DNA of 64,000 nucleotides from Patellaria atrata CBS 101060 (Eukaryota): NCBI GenBank assembly GCA_010093705.1, contig MU006090.1, positions 558,001 to 622,000 of the forward strand, read 5' to 3'. Shown piece by piece: positions 62,601 to 64,000 of this stretch (position 1 is its first letter; each line of letters starts with the position of its first letter). The notes under the pieces were generated by a model. It saw only the letters and a program-made list of their open reading frames with translations, ran no database searches and was not told where the DNA came from. The position numbers and the translations under genes were made by a program.

Positions 62601-64000
62601 GTTGGGTCAAACCTGGTACTCTCACTGCTCTCATGGGTGTATCTGGTGCAGGTAAGACTACTTTACTTGATGTCCTTGCTACTCGTACGACAATTGGAGT
62701 CGTCACCGGCGAGATGCTTGTGGACGGGCGACTCAGAGACGCATCATTCCAACGCAAGACTGGTTATGTTCAACAGCAGGATCTCCACCTGTCAACATCT
62801 ACTGTTCGGGAGGCTCTGAATTTCAGTGCTCTTCTGCGACAACCCGCGCATATTCCCAAGGCAGAGAAACTGGCATATGTGGATGAAGTCATTAAGCTTC
62901 TGGATATGAAAGAATACGCGGATGCAGTCGTTGGTGTTCCTGGAGAAGGTCTCAACGTTGAACAGCGTAAACGTCTCACAATCGGTGTGGAGCTCGCAGC
63001 GAAGCCTGAACTTCTTCTGTTCCTTGATGAACCTACATCAGGTTTGGACAGTCAGACATCATGGGCCATCTGTGATCTGATGGAGAAGCTCACAAAGAAC
63101 GGTCAAGCGGTTCTATGTACCATTCATCAACCCTCTGCCATGTTGTTCCAACGTTTCGATCGACTTCTGTTCCTTGCCAAAGGCGGTAAGACGGTGTATT
63201 TCGGTGAAGTCGGAAAGAACTCTCAAATTTTGATTGACTATTTCGAGCGTAACGGCGGCTTCCCTTGCCCTCGTGATGCTAATCCTGCCGAATGGATGCT
63301 TGAAGTCATTGGCGCAGCACCTGGATCCCACACTGATATCGATTGGTTTGACGTTTGGCGTAACAGCCTAGAATACCAAGAAGTCCAGAGGCATCTCCTG
63401 GAGCTAAAGGAGGAGAGACCATTGGTAACTCAGCCTAAGTCGTCCCCCGATGACAAAGCTAGTTACCGCGAATTCGCAGCACCTTTCGGAGTCCAACTAT
63501 GGGAAGTCCTCAAGCGAGTATTTGAACAGTACTGGCGCACTCCGTCATACATTTACTCTAAGGGGTCTATTTGCGTGTTCTCCGGTCTATTCATCGGTTT
63601 TTCCTTCTTCAACGTCAGGAACAGCCAGCAGGGTCTCCAGAATCAGATGTTCTCACTTTTCGCGCTTATGATAATCTTCGGTCAGCTCGTTCAACAGATT
63701 ATGCCTCTATTCGTTACCCAACGCGCCCTGTACGAGGTTCGAGAGCGTCCATCAAAGGCATACTCGTGGAAAGCTTTCATGATTGCGAACATCATTGTTG
63801 AGATCCCTTGGAACAGTCTTATGGCCGTCTTCATCTTCTTCTGTTGGTACTACCCGATCGGATTATATCGCAATGCCGAGGCCACCGATTCGGTTAACTT
63901 ACGCGGTTTCCAAATGTTCCTCTTCCTCCTGACCTTCCTTCTCTTCACTTGTACATTCGCCGATATGGTCATTGCAGCCATCGAGGACGCGGAAACCGGT
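59643..64000 (+). CDS. Full-size ABCG / PDR multidrug transporter, 3' end beyond the window
   Basis: NBD1 with [25 protein letters not shown] and [14 protein letters not shown]1; NBD2 with [13 protein letters not shown] and [32 protein letters not shown]. Introns 60541-60602 and about 61054-61110. Confidence 0.96.

Noticed and set aside
53000..64000. Numerous short antisense or alternate-frame ORFs over KGD1 and the ABC transporter, and similarly over MER3 and MLP1
   Set aside because: Shadow ORFs of real coding sequence with no independent motifs.

Overview
Intron-containing genomic DNA from a filamentous ascomycete (GT..CTRAC..YAG introns of about 50-70 nt). Most of 22.9-64 kb is housekeeping genes: MER3/HFM1 helicase, a UDP-galactose-type nucleotide-sugar transporter, MLP1/TPR, TFIIE-beta, a DUF1992 protein, TFIIH p62 (TFB1), KGD1 and a PDR-type ABCG transporter that runs off the window. 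The first 6 kb holds a membrane-anchored hypothetical gene, a class II aldolase, a TA-flanked TIR element and an orphan J-domain gene. About 6-22.8 kb is a decaying accessory island. Its centre is a head-to-head pair that the ORF track misses because of introns and stop codons: a UstYa/DUF3328 oxidase (-) and a secreted Kex2-processed repeat precursor (+) with five copies of (Q/R)(L/V)EF(H/N/D)D(V/I/A)GYSRLY. This is the minimal architecture of a dikaritin-type fungal RiPP cluster, with a core peptide I do not recognise, and both genes appear damaged here. The island also contains an intact AA9 LPMO, a HET pseudogene, an outward-facing pair of paralogous orphan genes bracketing these, and two tandem arrays of intron-like units. 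All calls are from manual reading and translation; no database searches were run.
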